A model generated the notes under the pieces. It did no database searches, was not told the DNA's origin, and worked only from the letters and a program-made list of their open reading frames with translations. 64,000 nucleotides of DNA from Fistulifera solaris (lineage: Eukaryota). Made by a program: the position numbers and the translations under genes. Positions 23,168-34,632 of this stretch are shown piece by piece; within the stretch, counting starts at the first letter, position 1; each line of letters begins with the position of its first letter. The DNA lies in assembly GCA_030295235.1 (NCBI GenBank), contig AP026132.1, forward strand, positions 868,001-932,000. Reading direction: 5' to 3'.

Positions 23168-24479
23168 ATGGTGGAGACGAATACTGCCACATCCGAGTCG
23201 TCTTCCCTGGAAACGATCATTCAAAATGCGTGGATTTCTTCCGATGACGACAAAAAAGTCCAGGATTGGTTTCGTCAACTGGACGTGCAAGAACAAAAGA
23301 AAGTAGAAGATGGAGTCGAAGCTATTCTGACATCTGCTATGACAATAGCTTGTCAAAAGAGCCACGAAAAGATACAGCAAGAGAAAAGCAATAAGCGCGC
23401 ATCGCGGCAGAACCGCGGTAACAAAGACAATCGGCCGCGATCGACTAGTGCTACGAAAGGAAACAACGGACACGGATACGGAGGTTATCATCAATCCATG
23501 CCTCCACCCATGTCTTACCATCGGCCTCCTCCTCCTCCTCCTCCTCCTCCCTCATGATGATTCGTATTACGGACGGCGACCGTACGAGGATCATCGGCGT
23601 TACGGAGATCGCATGTACAGCAATGAACCGGACTGGAAGGATGCGGATTATCGGTACGGTCCACCCCCCGACGCGCATTCTCGGTATCACTCCCCCAGTC
23701 CTAGGCGTAGACGGAGATCGGACGATTTAGAGGAAGACGATCGGAGATTCCGAAGGTCGCGATCCAGATCAGGGTATCGCTACGATGAGCTCTACGATGA
23801 TGCACGCTACTCGGATTATCGGTATTCGGGCTCCCGGTATGACGACTCGCGATATGACGGCCGGTATAGTGACCGTTATGAGGAGGATGATCGATATGGA
23901 CGTGGTTACGAGGACAGATATGGTGATCGGGACTATTCGCACGAAGAGCGATCGAAACGAAAGAGCCGGGACGATGGAGGTGACGAACGCCGCCGCAAAT
24001 CTCGCCGTGACGATGATTACGAGCCAGATGTGGCGCGGCTTGAGGATACGGAGGACAAAAAGCATCGCAGCAAGAACACGGAAAATGACAAATTCCGCAA
24101 AGGTGACGACGATACGACATCGATATCTAAAGCCGAAGATTCTCATCGCTCGCGTCACAAAAAATCGAAAAAGCACCGGTCCCGGCGCAGTCGCAGTCGT
24201 AGCTACGATCATGATGAACATCGGCGCCGTCGTTCCAGTAGCGAGTCCACACGGTCACGAAAGAAGCGACGTAAAAGCACAGTCGGTCATCGGCCGCAAG
24301 TAGCGATGACAGTTATTCGGCCGACCGTAAGCGCAGTAGCAAATCCTCGTCAGCAAAGAAGCGAAAGAAGCGTGGATATCGAGACAAAGAATCAAGAGAA
24401 AGTCGCGACAAGGAATCGAAAGAATTACGGGAACATCGCAAGGCGGATGTACCGAAAGATCCAGACGAGAAGTAGTTGA
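23168..24479 (+). CDS. Low-complexity R/S/D/Y-rich protein (RS-like); indels ~23550 and ~24280
   Basis: Poly-Pro, RSRS, YD/RY repeats and K/R-rich tail continuing across frames. Confidence 0.6.
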
Positions 24480-24746
24480 TAACAAGCCGAATTGTTCTCC
24501 TTTGCAACGATGGGAGTCTCATTTTTATACAAATATTCTCTGTTGTGAACAAAAAGGCCTGGAACAGCTTAGACTCAAACTTAAACAAATAAAAATGCTA
24601 TAGGATAAATCCAAATTGTACGCTCGCCATCTGTTTTGTAAACTTGATCAAAAGAAATCAGTTCTTTGTTCGGTATGACTTATGATGTGTCATGTTGTTG
24701 GGCTTGCCTTTTGGTGATCAACCTTAGCTTCCGCCCAAGCTTCGTA

Positions 24747-25377
24747 CCTAATTTTCTGGAACGTGCACTTTCCTTCGTTATGAACCAAACACCGTTTCCA
24801 AAATTTTTGGAACACGCACGTTATGATTCAAAACACCGTATCCAGAATTTTTGGAGCATGCAAAGCGCTTCGGTCAGATCGGGAAAACTGGTCCAGAATT
24901 TCTGGACCATCCTCACATAACTTCTGTATGATCAGAAATAACTCGTCCAGAATTTCTGGAACTTGCCCGTTCCTTCGTTATGAATAATAAAAACAGCGTT
25001 TCCAGAATTTATGGACCGCGTACTATTCTATCTTGTGTTATGATCCAAAACACCATGTCCCGAATTTCTGGAACGTGCACAGCGTTTCGGTCGGATCGAA
25101 AAAACTGGTCCAGAATTTCTGGACCATCACAGAATTTCTGTATGATCAGAAATAACTCGTCCAGAATTTCTGGAACGTGCACGTTCCTTCGTTATGAAAA
25201 ACACCGGTTCCAGAATTTCTGGAACACGTACTTTGTTTCGTTTTGATCCAAAACACCATGTCCCGAATTTCTGGAACGTGCACAGCGTTTCGGTCGGATC
25301 GAAAAAACTGGTCCAGAATTTCTGGACCATCACAGAATTTCTGTATGATTAGAAATAACTTGTCCAGATATTCTGAC
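24747..25377. repeat. Array of 13 palindromes (TCCAGAATTTCTGGA consensus), ~51-bp period, ~205-bp higher-order repeat
   Basis: Copies start near 24747, 24796, 24840, 24891, 24945, 25000, 25057, 25108, 25159, 25208, 25260, 25311 and 25362; spacer types recur every four units. Confidence 0.93.
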
Positions 25378-25663
25378 TGTGGACAGTGCATAGTAGAAAG
25401 TACCTTAAGGTTCGCACACAAGAACAAGATGCTCTCTCCGTCTGCCGCGTGTCCGGCAAACCTCTTTTTTCCTCCTGGATCGTGAGTTTTTAGCGTGTGT
25501 GTCGTAAAAGATCATTCTCATCAACAAAGAAAAAGAAAAGTTCATTCATATCGGGGATCTTTCTCGCTTAAAACTTCACTAAAGTTCACTTCTGAACACT
25601 TTACAGCAACTGCCTAAGCAAAAGCTGATTCTCGGTTTCCATCACTACAGCACGTACTTTATA

Positions 25664-27114
25664 ATGGAGCGATTTCTCCGAGGGGTCGAGCACATCGAAG
25701 TCGTCGCTCCTGAAATGATCCAAATCGACATTGATCGAGACTGGTTCGTCATACGGAACATTGTTGGAGTTTTAATAACGATTGCGACGGTCGGTTTGAT
25801 ATCCGGACTCTTTTGGGACTTTTGACCCTTGATGCTCTGGACTTGCAAATCATGGAACGAGCGAGCCTCGACGAAGACGAAAAAGTGTATGCCCGAGAAT
25901 TGCTACCGGTCGTTCAGAATCGCCATCGACTCTTGGTTTCATTACTAGTGCTCAACGCTCTCGCTTATGAATCGATGCCCATTTTCTTGGATGCTTTGGT
26001 TCCTTCCTGGGTAGCGATCATTCTTTCGGTGACACTCATTCTTCTATTTGGAGAAATTTTGCCCTCGGCCATCTTTACTGGACCCAATCAGTTGAAACTC
26101 GGATACTATTCTATTCCGCTGGTGCAAGTCTTTTTAGTGATTACTGCACCTATCGCAGTTCCTCTGGCGAAATTGTTGGATTACATGGTACACGACGGTC
26201 CGGCGTCTTCGCATCACCATGAGCCTTACAATCGGGGTGAGCTTTCAGCGCTCGTTCGCATTCAATACGAAGAACGCATGGCCAGTCAAACACGACGACG
26301 CGGTATGAAGCCACAAGAGCGAAAGGCAACGCAGTGGGCTAACTTTAAAAAAGAAATGCTGCAAGCCGTCACGGAACGATTTGAAGAAAATGAAATTGAA
26401 TCGACTCTCGAACCTCCGCCTTTAGACGAGCAATTGACGCCCCCGTTGCATAGAACAGAAGTGCACCTCATTGAAGGCTCCCTGCAGATGAAAACAAAAG
26501 TAACAATGGATATTTACACACCTCTTCGTCACGTGTACGCCGTGCCTGACAATATGATTCTGGACAAGGACAACATAAGTGCAATTTACAGCTACGGCTT
26601 TTCGAGGATACCAGTCTATCGTGCGACAGAACCTTTTCTTAGCGAGGCTGGACACGAACCTCTTCCGGAACGTTCTCGAATGATCGGCTATCTAATGACA
26701 CGGCAACTCATGTTGATTGACTGGGATCACAAACGTCAAGTTTCGTCGCTACCCATTCAAAAACCACTCGTCTTTTCTCCGAGAGCCAACTTGGTCGACG
26801 TTCTTTCTGGTTTACGGTCCAGAGGTGTCATCATGGGTTTTGTTTGCGCTCGGACGGATATTGCAAAGCAAGCACTGAACAATAATCAACCGATACCGGT
26901 CGAGGCTGGGTTCATGGGAATTCTTACTTTGGAAGATGTCATGGAAAGCATTCTGCAAGATCGGATTTATGACGAATTCGACATGAAAGAAAGGGATCGA
27001 GCTGTCGCGACATTGCAACGCTGGGCAGCGACAAGATTACAAAAATTTGTGCGAAAGAAGCAAAAGAGAGACGATTTAGTGCCAACGGAACCACTGAACG
27101 AACCCCACTGCTGA
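25664..27114 (+). CDS. CNNM/DUF21 + CBS-pair metal transporter family protein (indel ~25815)
   Basis: GLISGL..GLLTLD, HRLLVSLL, LFGEILPSA, GFSRIPVY and GILTLEDVME motifs. Confidence 0.88.
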
Positions 27115-27440
27115 GAGAGAACAGCGGATCCTTTTATTCGACTTAAATAGTCGTACAAACGCTGCTAGTATCGTTAGACTTAATTTCAGAGGCATAAGCA
27201 ATAGGAACCTAAAAAATGAAGAAGCTCTTTCAATTACTTTCGTGCTGTGCACTATTTCTAAAGGGAAGCAAACATGCCGATAACAGTACAATCCGCAGTC
27301 AGAACAAGAGAAATCTCATCGTGTGTTTAAGTTATCTCCTGCATTGGCCCAGTGATGCTTGCGACAAAGATAAGCGTAGACACCTCTGGCGAACACTGTG
27401 AGACGAGGCTCTTCAATAGTAACTTCTGTAAAGCATGGAC

Positions 27441-28284
27441 TTACTTGTCATACACCGAGCCGCCCCTCTCCCTCGTTCCATCCAGAGGAATGGAATGAAC
27501 ACTAACTCCCTGCCAGTAATGATTAAGCTCATATTTGTATTCCAAGTACTCGACACGACTATCTGGATTCCCCGTCGTAACGAGGAAGAACACACCATGA
27601 CTGCGTGCTAGAACACGGTGAATCTCCGCAACTACCTGATGCACGCTCGTCTTGGGACCACTCAATACAGCATCAAATGCTCCCTTGCAAATGATCAGGT
27701 CAAAGGATTCATTAGCAAAAGGTAGAGGCTTAGTAATGTCAGCACATACGAATTTCATCGGATGAAGAGGCATGTACCCAAAGACGTTTCGATAGAATGC
27801 TTCTCCGTACTTGTGTTTCATTTGATCGATCAGCACATCGGAAAAGTCTACGTTCGTAATCGGGCCTAACCATCCATCCAACATCATTTCTTCCCCCAAC
27901 GTCGAGTTACCGCAACCCAAAATAAGGACTCGACATTCTCTCTGCGTGGGAAACGATTCGATTTGAGGATTTGCGGCTTGTGAACTCTCAGCGTTGTGCC
28001 AGGTGTGACACCCATTCGTTCCGGTTCCAAGAAGGGACGCAGCTGGGTATAGTTCATGTACCACTCACAGGGTTGACTGCAACAGGGCGCCCAAGTGAGA
28101 GAGCGAGAGGGTCGGAGAAAATTACTCCGCAAGCGAACAACTTACTCGTTAGCCGTCGCGGCATAGCGCTGATTCCAGTAGTAAAGGCTGCTGTAAAAAA
28201 GACATTTGTCTGCGATGAATAGAAAGATACAAGAAGAATTGTCTTCTTTGTGAAGGCCTGCGACGAAAGTGTCAAGCGATTCAT
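27441..28284 (-). CDS. Class I SAM-dependent methyltransferase (METTL13-N / EEF1AKMT4-like); ends uncertain
   Basis: VLILGCGNSTLGEEM, NVDFS, FDLIICKGAFDAV; probable intron donor at ~27444 and an N-terminal indel. Confidence 0.75.
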
Positions 28285-28745
28285 TCAATCGAACCATTTT
28301 CCCACGTATAGTATAGTGAATTCATGTTGATCACTCCAGTTTTCGTGCGAAACGGTTGAGCGTGAATTTCACCTCATCCGTAACACAGGTTACGTATCAC
28401 ATAATACGACCTTCATAAGCGAGACACATGAATGAACTTTCCAACACTTTCACCAACGGTGATTTTCAAGTCGGGCCCGCATTCCGTAAGCAAATTGTCA
28501 ATTGTCACTACCAAGTATTCACTCTTGTCATTCCGTAAAAACTGGTCATGTGCTTTCAGCTATAAGGTCCCCATTTAGCTCGTGATAACTCGATGGCTGT
28601 CCAACAAGACGAAAACGAAAGGCGGTACAATAGGGACGCAGCAACACATGCTGCTTGTTCACGACGGTCAATCTTTTATCATCTTCATTGTAGCCGCGTT
28701 TTCAGTTTGTCATGAGTCATGAGTCATGGCGGGTTGCAGAAATTC

Positions 28746-29200
28746 ATCCGGATCAATACCCACATTTTTGTCCGTTGGAAATATTTGTACTGTCCATGGC
28801 CACTGTTAAGGGCATGTAAAATACAAGCCGGCACTCGAAGGATAACGTGAATTAGTGCTCGGAAACAGCGGAAAAATTTGAATCGAATATTTTTGAACCG
28901 GTTTTTAGTCGAATCGGTTTTGAAACCGTTTCGTCTAACGTCCCGCAACCACCGTAGAAATAGCCAAAAACGTCGTCTTTCCACTTTCAATGACGCCGAA
29001 TAGGGCAAAATGTACTCTTTGGATACCGCTACGATCACTCCGGTACTCGATAAAATGAAACGGTTTCAAGAAATTCCAACCAATTTCATAATTTTACGGG
29101 TAATATTCGGTTTGAAACGGTTTCGCCCCAAACCGTTCCGAGCACTAACGTGAATAGTATTACACGCAACGAGCAAAAAAATGTGGGTATTGATCCGGAT
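28746..29200. mobile_element. Non-autonomous TIR element (outer), 24-bp perfect TIRs
   Basis: ATCCGGATCAATACCCACATTTTT at 28746-28769 and its reverse complement at 29177-29200. Confidence 0.75.
28853..29147. mobile_element. hAT-type MITE, 295 bp, nested
   Basis: TIR TAGTGCTCGGAA / TTCCGAGCACTA; identical 8-bp flanks ACGTGAAT at 28845-28852 and 29148-29155; internal AAACGG/AAACCG motifs. Confidence 0.9.
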
Positions 29201-29404
29201 CCTAAAATTATCTGTTCCAGAAATTCTGGAAAAGATGTATTTCGTCATACAGAAGGGTGGAAATTGGAAATAAGTTTACCAGGTACATCCGAGAAAATCT
29301 GGAGAAAGCAATGTATCATGACACAGAAAATCTGTCTAACTTTTTAGAACGCAAGGGAGATCTAACAATGTCGTTGCAGTACCGTAGCGATATCTAAAAT
29401 TTCT

Positions 29405-30165
29405 AGTATAGTCCCAAGGTGTAAATCAAGTTTACCAAGACTGCATTTCAGTCATGAATCAATTTCCTTTCGAGCTTTATGCTGCCTATTGTTCATTCGT
29501 TTCGCCATATTGTTTGAGCTCCATTTGTCGTTGTTGCACTGCAGTAGTTTTTATCAGTGTTTGATTACATGCCTTGATGTTTGTATGTCGAGTTCCCGCG
29601 AAACGTTTACTGCCATGCTTTTACTATGGACCAAAGTGTTTTCCGTATTTAACTTCAGTCATGAATTAATATACTTCGAGCGAAGATGTTACCTGCAATT
29701 CGTTCGTTCGCCGTAATTTTCAATTTTCATTTGTCGTTGCTTCAATGAAATAAGCTATAGCAGCGTTTGAATTACACGTCATTATATTTTAAGTCGAAAA
29801 ACCCTCGAAATGTTGTCCTGCCGTCTTTCACTATGGACCAAAGTGAAGGTTCTAGGAGACCGTGACTGCATTACTTCAAAAAAAAGGCTACCTTAGAATT
29901 AATGAATCAATGTTCTTTCGAGCGACAATGCTGCCTACAATTCGGTCATTCAGCAGAAATTTCTTGGCCTCTATTGATTGTCGCTGTTGGAATAAATAGG
30001 CTTTAGAAGCGTTGGCGTCACCAGTCGTTATATTTTACGTAGAAGACCCTGCGAAAAGTTTTCTTCGTATTTACTATGGACCCAAAGTGTTGGTTATCGG
30101 AGACCACGATTGCATCAATTCTGTCATGAGTCATGAGTCATGAGTCATGAGTCGTCATGAATCAA
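29405..30165. repeat. Degenerate ~210-240-bp tandem repeat (family A), 3+ units
   Basis: Recurring ACTATGGACCAAAGTG (~29623, ~29830, ~30073) and CTGCATTTCAGTCATGAATCAA anchors; ends in (TCATGAG)n. Confidence 0.8.
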
Positions 30166-30776
30166 TCTTACGGAGTGTCTAGTTCTCACACAGTTTTGGA
30201 AGAGAAAAAACCAAACTGCTTCAGAATAGAGTATAGACTAACATCATCGCATCGGTTCACCTGTATTCTAGACTCAAAGAGATAGATGTAATTTTCTCCC
30301 GTCACATGCCCCATACTGGTAGTCCATTGTCAGAGTCTATTAGAGGCGTCCAGCAGCAAAATTCGTACATTCTATGATCAGCGACAAAGTTAGCAAGGTG
30401 TGACCTTCGGCTACAAAGGATGTATAAGCCCCGTGGCTTTGATGCGAAGCCTGGCGACTAAAATGTGCGAAAGCCGAAAGCGCACTGGAGTGTGCGTAGT
30501 ACGACTTAGAATTGATCAAAAATTAGAGTTGGCAATTTGGGACCAAACTAAGTGTAAACTTTCATGATTTGTGATGATCGAAGACAGACTGACTAATATG
30601 GAATACTCCTCATCATTAATTTAGTGAAAGGTGTATATCATAAGCCCCAATATTGTTTGCAAACTGCAGATATTGCTTTGCACTCTTTTGGCCGTCTATT
30701 TGCTGACAGAATTCAGCCCCGTAGCCCATAGATCCGGCGGTAACCTGAAAAAAAATAAATTCCGTTGTTCTACTAT

Positions 30777-31898
30777 TTACATGGCGAAAGGAAGTATCAG
30801 ATAGGAACCATAGAAGAGTTTCCATAGGTGCATGTAATATGAGTAGACTTGATCACTGTCTGTGGCATCGACTCCTTGGGATTCTTTTCGGACGGACCAT
30901 CCAAACAAAACAGCCGACATGCCGGTGATGACTCGCGCCACAGTGACGCCGGGCGAAGTTGCACGTGTGGCTTGTTGCAAAAAGAAAGCACCGGAGCCCC
31001 AAAAAAGCGCCGTCAGCAAGTTGCGCATGGCCATAAAGACAGTCTTTTGGCCGAGTCGGACAGAAAATGTCCGTATATTCAATGTTTGGTCTCCCAACAC
31101 ATCAGGGACGTCCTTCATTAACGCAATCACCAATCCGAACACGGCAAAGAAGATGCTACTCCAAAGACATTGTGCATTCCCAAGTAGACTGGCTATGACG
31201 GTGGTCGGCGTTTGAAAGGCCGCGGCTTGTGCGTGCGCAAAGAAGCTCGCGTTGATAACTAAGCCGCGAACTGCCACGATACAAAATGCCGCCCAGATAG
31301 GAAAGCGCTTGAGTCGTAATGGTGGTAAGGAGTACACGGTTCCGAAGAGGGCGGATGCCCAAAGGGCGCTATTCAATCCCCTCGTTCCAAAAACGGGGTT
31401 TGCGATTCCCATTGACACGGATCCGACAAACGCCAACGAGACAATAGCAATGGCAGTTTTCATAGATAGAAGACCCGCAGCAATAGGAAGATCTGGCTTG
31501 TTGATTCGATCAATCTCCACGTCCGTAATTTGATTCAAACCGGTGATGTACAAGTTCATGAGAAGCGAAGGGATCATGGCGTAGAGCATGGATTGCCAGC
31601 AAAGCGGCGATAGCGCCGCAGCGATCGATGGAGCGGCCAGGAAGTGAAGTGAAGGAATCGCCATTGCGGAACCTATAATAGTGTGAGGCCGAGTGAATTT
31701 CCAAAGAATGGTGGGGAAGGAAGGCTTCGGCTTGACATCGCTCGTAAGTGCCGAGCTCTCCGTTGCTACATGACGTAACGTGCGCGATTTGCTGTGAGTA
31801 ACAGTGTTCACCCTGACAGCACTTCGAGTAGACAACCCCAGCGCTTGAGTTTGCAGGGAAACCCCAACGAGCAGCAGTCGAAACAACCGATGAACCAT
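30777..31898 (-). CDS. Homogentisate solanesyl/phytyl-transferase (UbiA family)
   Basis: KFTRPHTIIGS, NQITDVEIDRINKPDLP, YSLPPLRLKR, MKDVPDVLGD and WKLFY motifs; N-terminal signal. Confidence 0.92.
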   Translation of the reverse strand: MVHRLFRLLLVGVSLQTQALGLSTRSAVRVNTVTHSKSRTLRHVATESSALTSDVKPKPSFPTILWKFTRPHTIIGSAMAIPSLHFLAAPSIAAALSPLCWQSMLYAMIPSLLMNLYITGLNQITDVEIDRINKPDLPIAAGLLSMKTAIAIVSLAFVGSVSMGIANPVFGTRGLNSALWASALFGTVYSLPPLRLKRFPIWAAFCIVAVRGLVINASFFAHAQAAAFQTPTTVIASLLGNAQCLWSSIFFAVFGLVIALMKDVPDVLGDQTLNIRTFSVRLGQKTVFMAMRNLLTALFWGSGAFFLQQATRATSPGVTVARVITGMSAVLFGWSVRKESQGVDATDSDQVYSYYMHLWKLFYGSYLILPFAM

Positions 31899-32176
31899 GA
31901 GAGTTGAGATCTTTTTTAGAATAATGTTTGAAGGTTTCTGTTCGCACTAAAGCAATTAGTTTCGAAAGCAAGAGTGTCGAAGAATAGAAAAAGTGAAAAG
32001 AAGCTTTCCGTAAACCTTATGCTCGGATGATGATGATGATGTTTAATGTTTACCTTTCGACCTTACGGTGATGGGCTGTGATGGTTCGTTTTTTGTGACG
32101 GAGCCGATAACGAGAAACTTTGTCGATCTTTTTGCATGTGCTTCGTACGATCGCTACAATTTTATAACGGAAGCCG

Positions 32177-33218
32177 GGAGGATGCGGGAAAAAGGACAAC
32201 TGCGAAAATTGTCGAAAAAACAAATTATTCCTATTTCAATAGATATCAAAAACAAAAAAATCAGAGAGGTCGCGATTCGCGATGTGTTGCGATAAAAAGA
32301 TGAAAAAGGTAAAAAACGACAATGAAAGCTGTAACTGTATGTTAAAGTGTATTATGTATTTTGAACTCAATAAAGAGGGGCAGTAATCGAGTGTTAAGTG
32401 CGAACTTGCTTCTCCTACTAATTGCACAAAAGTACTTATACTCTTTTATTACATTTATTTCCTTATATTTATAGTACTGTATTTATATGCCCAATGTCGG
32501 TACAGTAAAAAGGTAGTGTGCCCTTAAAACTATTACTTAGTGAATTTTAGTACCGGTTTGATTTTGTACTTTGGTTTGGTTGAGTTTGGTTGGGTTTGGT
32601 TGGTTTGGTTTGGTTTGGTTTGGTTTCGGTTGGTTTCGATTGGTTTCGGTTGGATTTTCAGTAGTAAATCAGAAACAAGAAAATCCTGGTACGAAAATCA
32701 TGTAGCTTCTACATGAGTGCCGGTTTGAAGTTGAGTACCGGTTTGGATTGGTTTGGTTTGGATTGGTTCGGTTTGGTTTGGTTGGGTTTGGTTGGGTTTG
32801 GTTTGCTTTGTTAAGCCAACCAGCCAACCGGTACTAACGTTCCCTAAACGCGAAAATAGAAATAAGACAAAATGCTATGGGCTTATATCACAAATATTTA
32901 AATGACATTTGGAACGCAGTAATGAATAAAGTCATTTACAAAGAATGATACATAATACTCCGTACCTAATAATTTTTTAAGCAGATCCCTTGACTGTACT
33001 GGTATTCAACATTTAAAATAAACACAACGTGAAACGTGACGGTACCCTTGTATTTCATTGTAGGCACTACGGTAGTCCTTTCCTAACAAACAAAGATTAT
33101 TGCCCCCTTTTTATCCATTTTCGTTTCCCAACTTTCTTTCTTGTTGTCATTTTCTTATTTTTCCCTTACAAGCCTAGTTTTTCGCATTTGGCTAAATCTT
33201 CAATTTCCCGCATCCTCC
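32177..33218. mobile_element. Putative AT-rich non-autonomous TIR element (outer)
   Basis: GGAGGATGCGGGAAA at 32177-32191 and its exact reverse complement at 33204-33218; flanks share only GGAAG. Confidence 0.55.
32538..32846. mobile_element. hAT-like MITE with (GGTTT/GGTTC)n internal arrays
   Basis: Imperfect TIR TAGTGAATTTTAGTACCGGTT / AACCGGTACTAACGTTCCCTA; pentamer arrays ~32570-32655 and ~32740-32805; no TSD seen. Confidence 0.6.
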
Positions 33219-33562
33219 GGAAGGACCAAGAACACTTTCGAAAAGAGGGCGTATGTGTCGCATGTCCTGCTTTGTAGCTTATAGTCCAGTGTTGTGATTG
33301 GGTCGGTACGGTTTTCACTACTGTACGCTCTACGCTCGGTTTAAGTTATCAAGATTACCCCTTAACCTTAAAGAATTAATTGTTTTTTTTTTCTCGGCAC
33401 GCATCGCAATCGCGAAAATCGCGACGACGACTTTGCAAAAGAGACGATGGTGTTGAAGATGAATAATCGTCTGTTATCTGGCTAAACAATCAACCCTTGT
33501 GCGAAAGACAACCATCATTTATCAACATAGTAAGGGCTAGACTACCGGAAAGAGTTGAAAAG

Positions 33563-34441
33563 ATGATATCAATATTTCAGACGAAAAGAACCCATAGAAA
33601 GTGCACCGTATTTATTTGCATCCTCTTCTTTGTCACGATCTATTCCGTCAGAGGATTTCCATCTACACCAATCAACAACAACATATCAAATGAGTTTCGA
33701 CAGCTGAAAATAACCTTTGTGACCGGAAACGCTATGAAGGTACGTCACGAGAAACCTCAAGTGTCTGAGGGCAACCTCTTCGACTCACTCGAACGCGTCA
33801 GGCCCGTGAGGTCAAAGACATTCTAGCGCAACACGGCGCCACGCGAGGTCCTACTCCCGAAACCAGCATGGTCGATTTGCGCATGCTTTCCGTCGATTTA
33901 CCAGAATTGCAAGAGGTCGACACTATGGCGATTGCTAAAAACAAAGCTATCTTTGCGGCCCAGCTGGCGAATGGACCTTGTCTGGTAGAAGATACCTCAC
34001 TCCATTTTCATGCACTTGGAGGCATGCCCGGTCCTTTATCAAATGGTTTCAAGAACCTCTTCAATCTACTGGTTTATACAATATTCTAGCGGCCTACGAA
34101 GACAAGCGAGCTACGGCCGTTTGTACACTAGCGTTTTGTCCTTCTCCGCACGCGGATCCGGTCTTGTTCACGGGGGGAATGTTCGGGGACGATTGTCGCA
34201 CCCTCAACCTGGTGGGGGCTTTGGATGGGACAGTATTTTTGTGCCCGACGGGAAAGAGATGCCGTTTTCGCAAATGACCGTAACCGAAAAGAATGCCTTG
34301 TCACATCGGGGGCAGGCGGTACGGAAATGGGCGACGTGGCTAGGGCAAAATCACAACGCATTGTGGGAACGACAAGAACGCAAAGTGAATATGCCAGGGC
34401 ATAAAGGGCTAGACTTTAAAGTACATTTTCCGGAGCAATGA
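33563..34441 (+). CDS. ITPA: Inosine triphosphate pyrophosphatase (Ham1/ITPA); intron ~33740-33800, indels
   Basis: ITFVTGNAMK, DLPELQ, VEDTSL, GGMPGP(FIKW), FGWDSIF and KNALSHRG motifs; N-terminal extension ending VRG-F. Confidence 0.9.
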
Positions 34442-34632
34442 TAGTGAAAAACGATGTTGTAATGACGCAAAAGAAGAGACAACTATTCGTCACACAATAC
34501 CACATGCTAAAAGCTTATTGCAACATTACTTCGTCGTCGTTTCTCTGTCTCGCATCCAAATCGTTCATCCGGTGCCTATGATTTTCTTTTCAGCGGTGTT
34601 TTAGCGGAATGAACCGTCACGGGACTGGTACT

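Noticed and set aside
24747..25377. CRISPR array
   Set aside because: Repeats are only ~15-17 bp, spacers are mutually related and recur every four units, there are no cas genes, and the context is eukaryotic.
24666..25485. Short ORFs with repeated SRISG peptides
   Set aside because: They are translation by-products of the palindrome array on both strands.
32570..32805. Interstitial telomere
   Set aside because: The unit is a GGTTT pentamer, not TTAGGG-type, and it is enclosed by inverted repeats.
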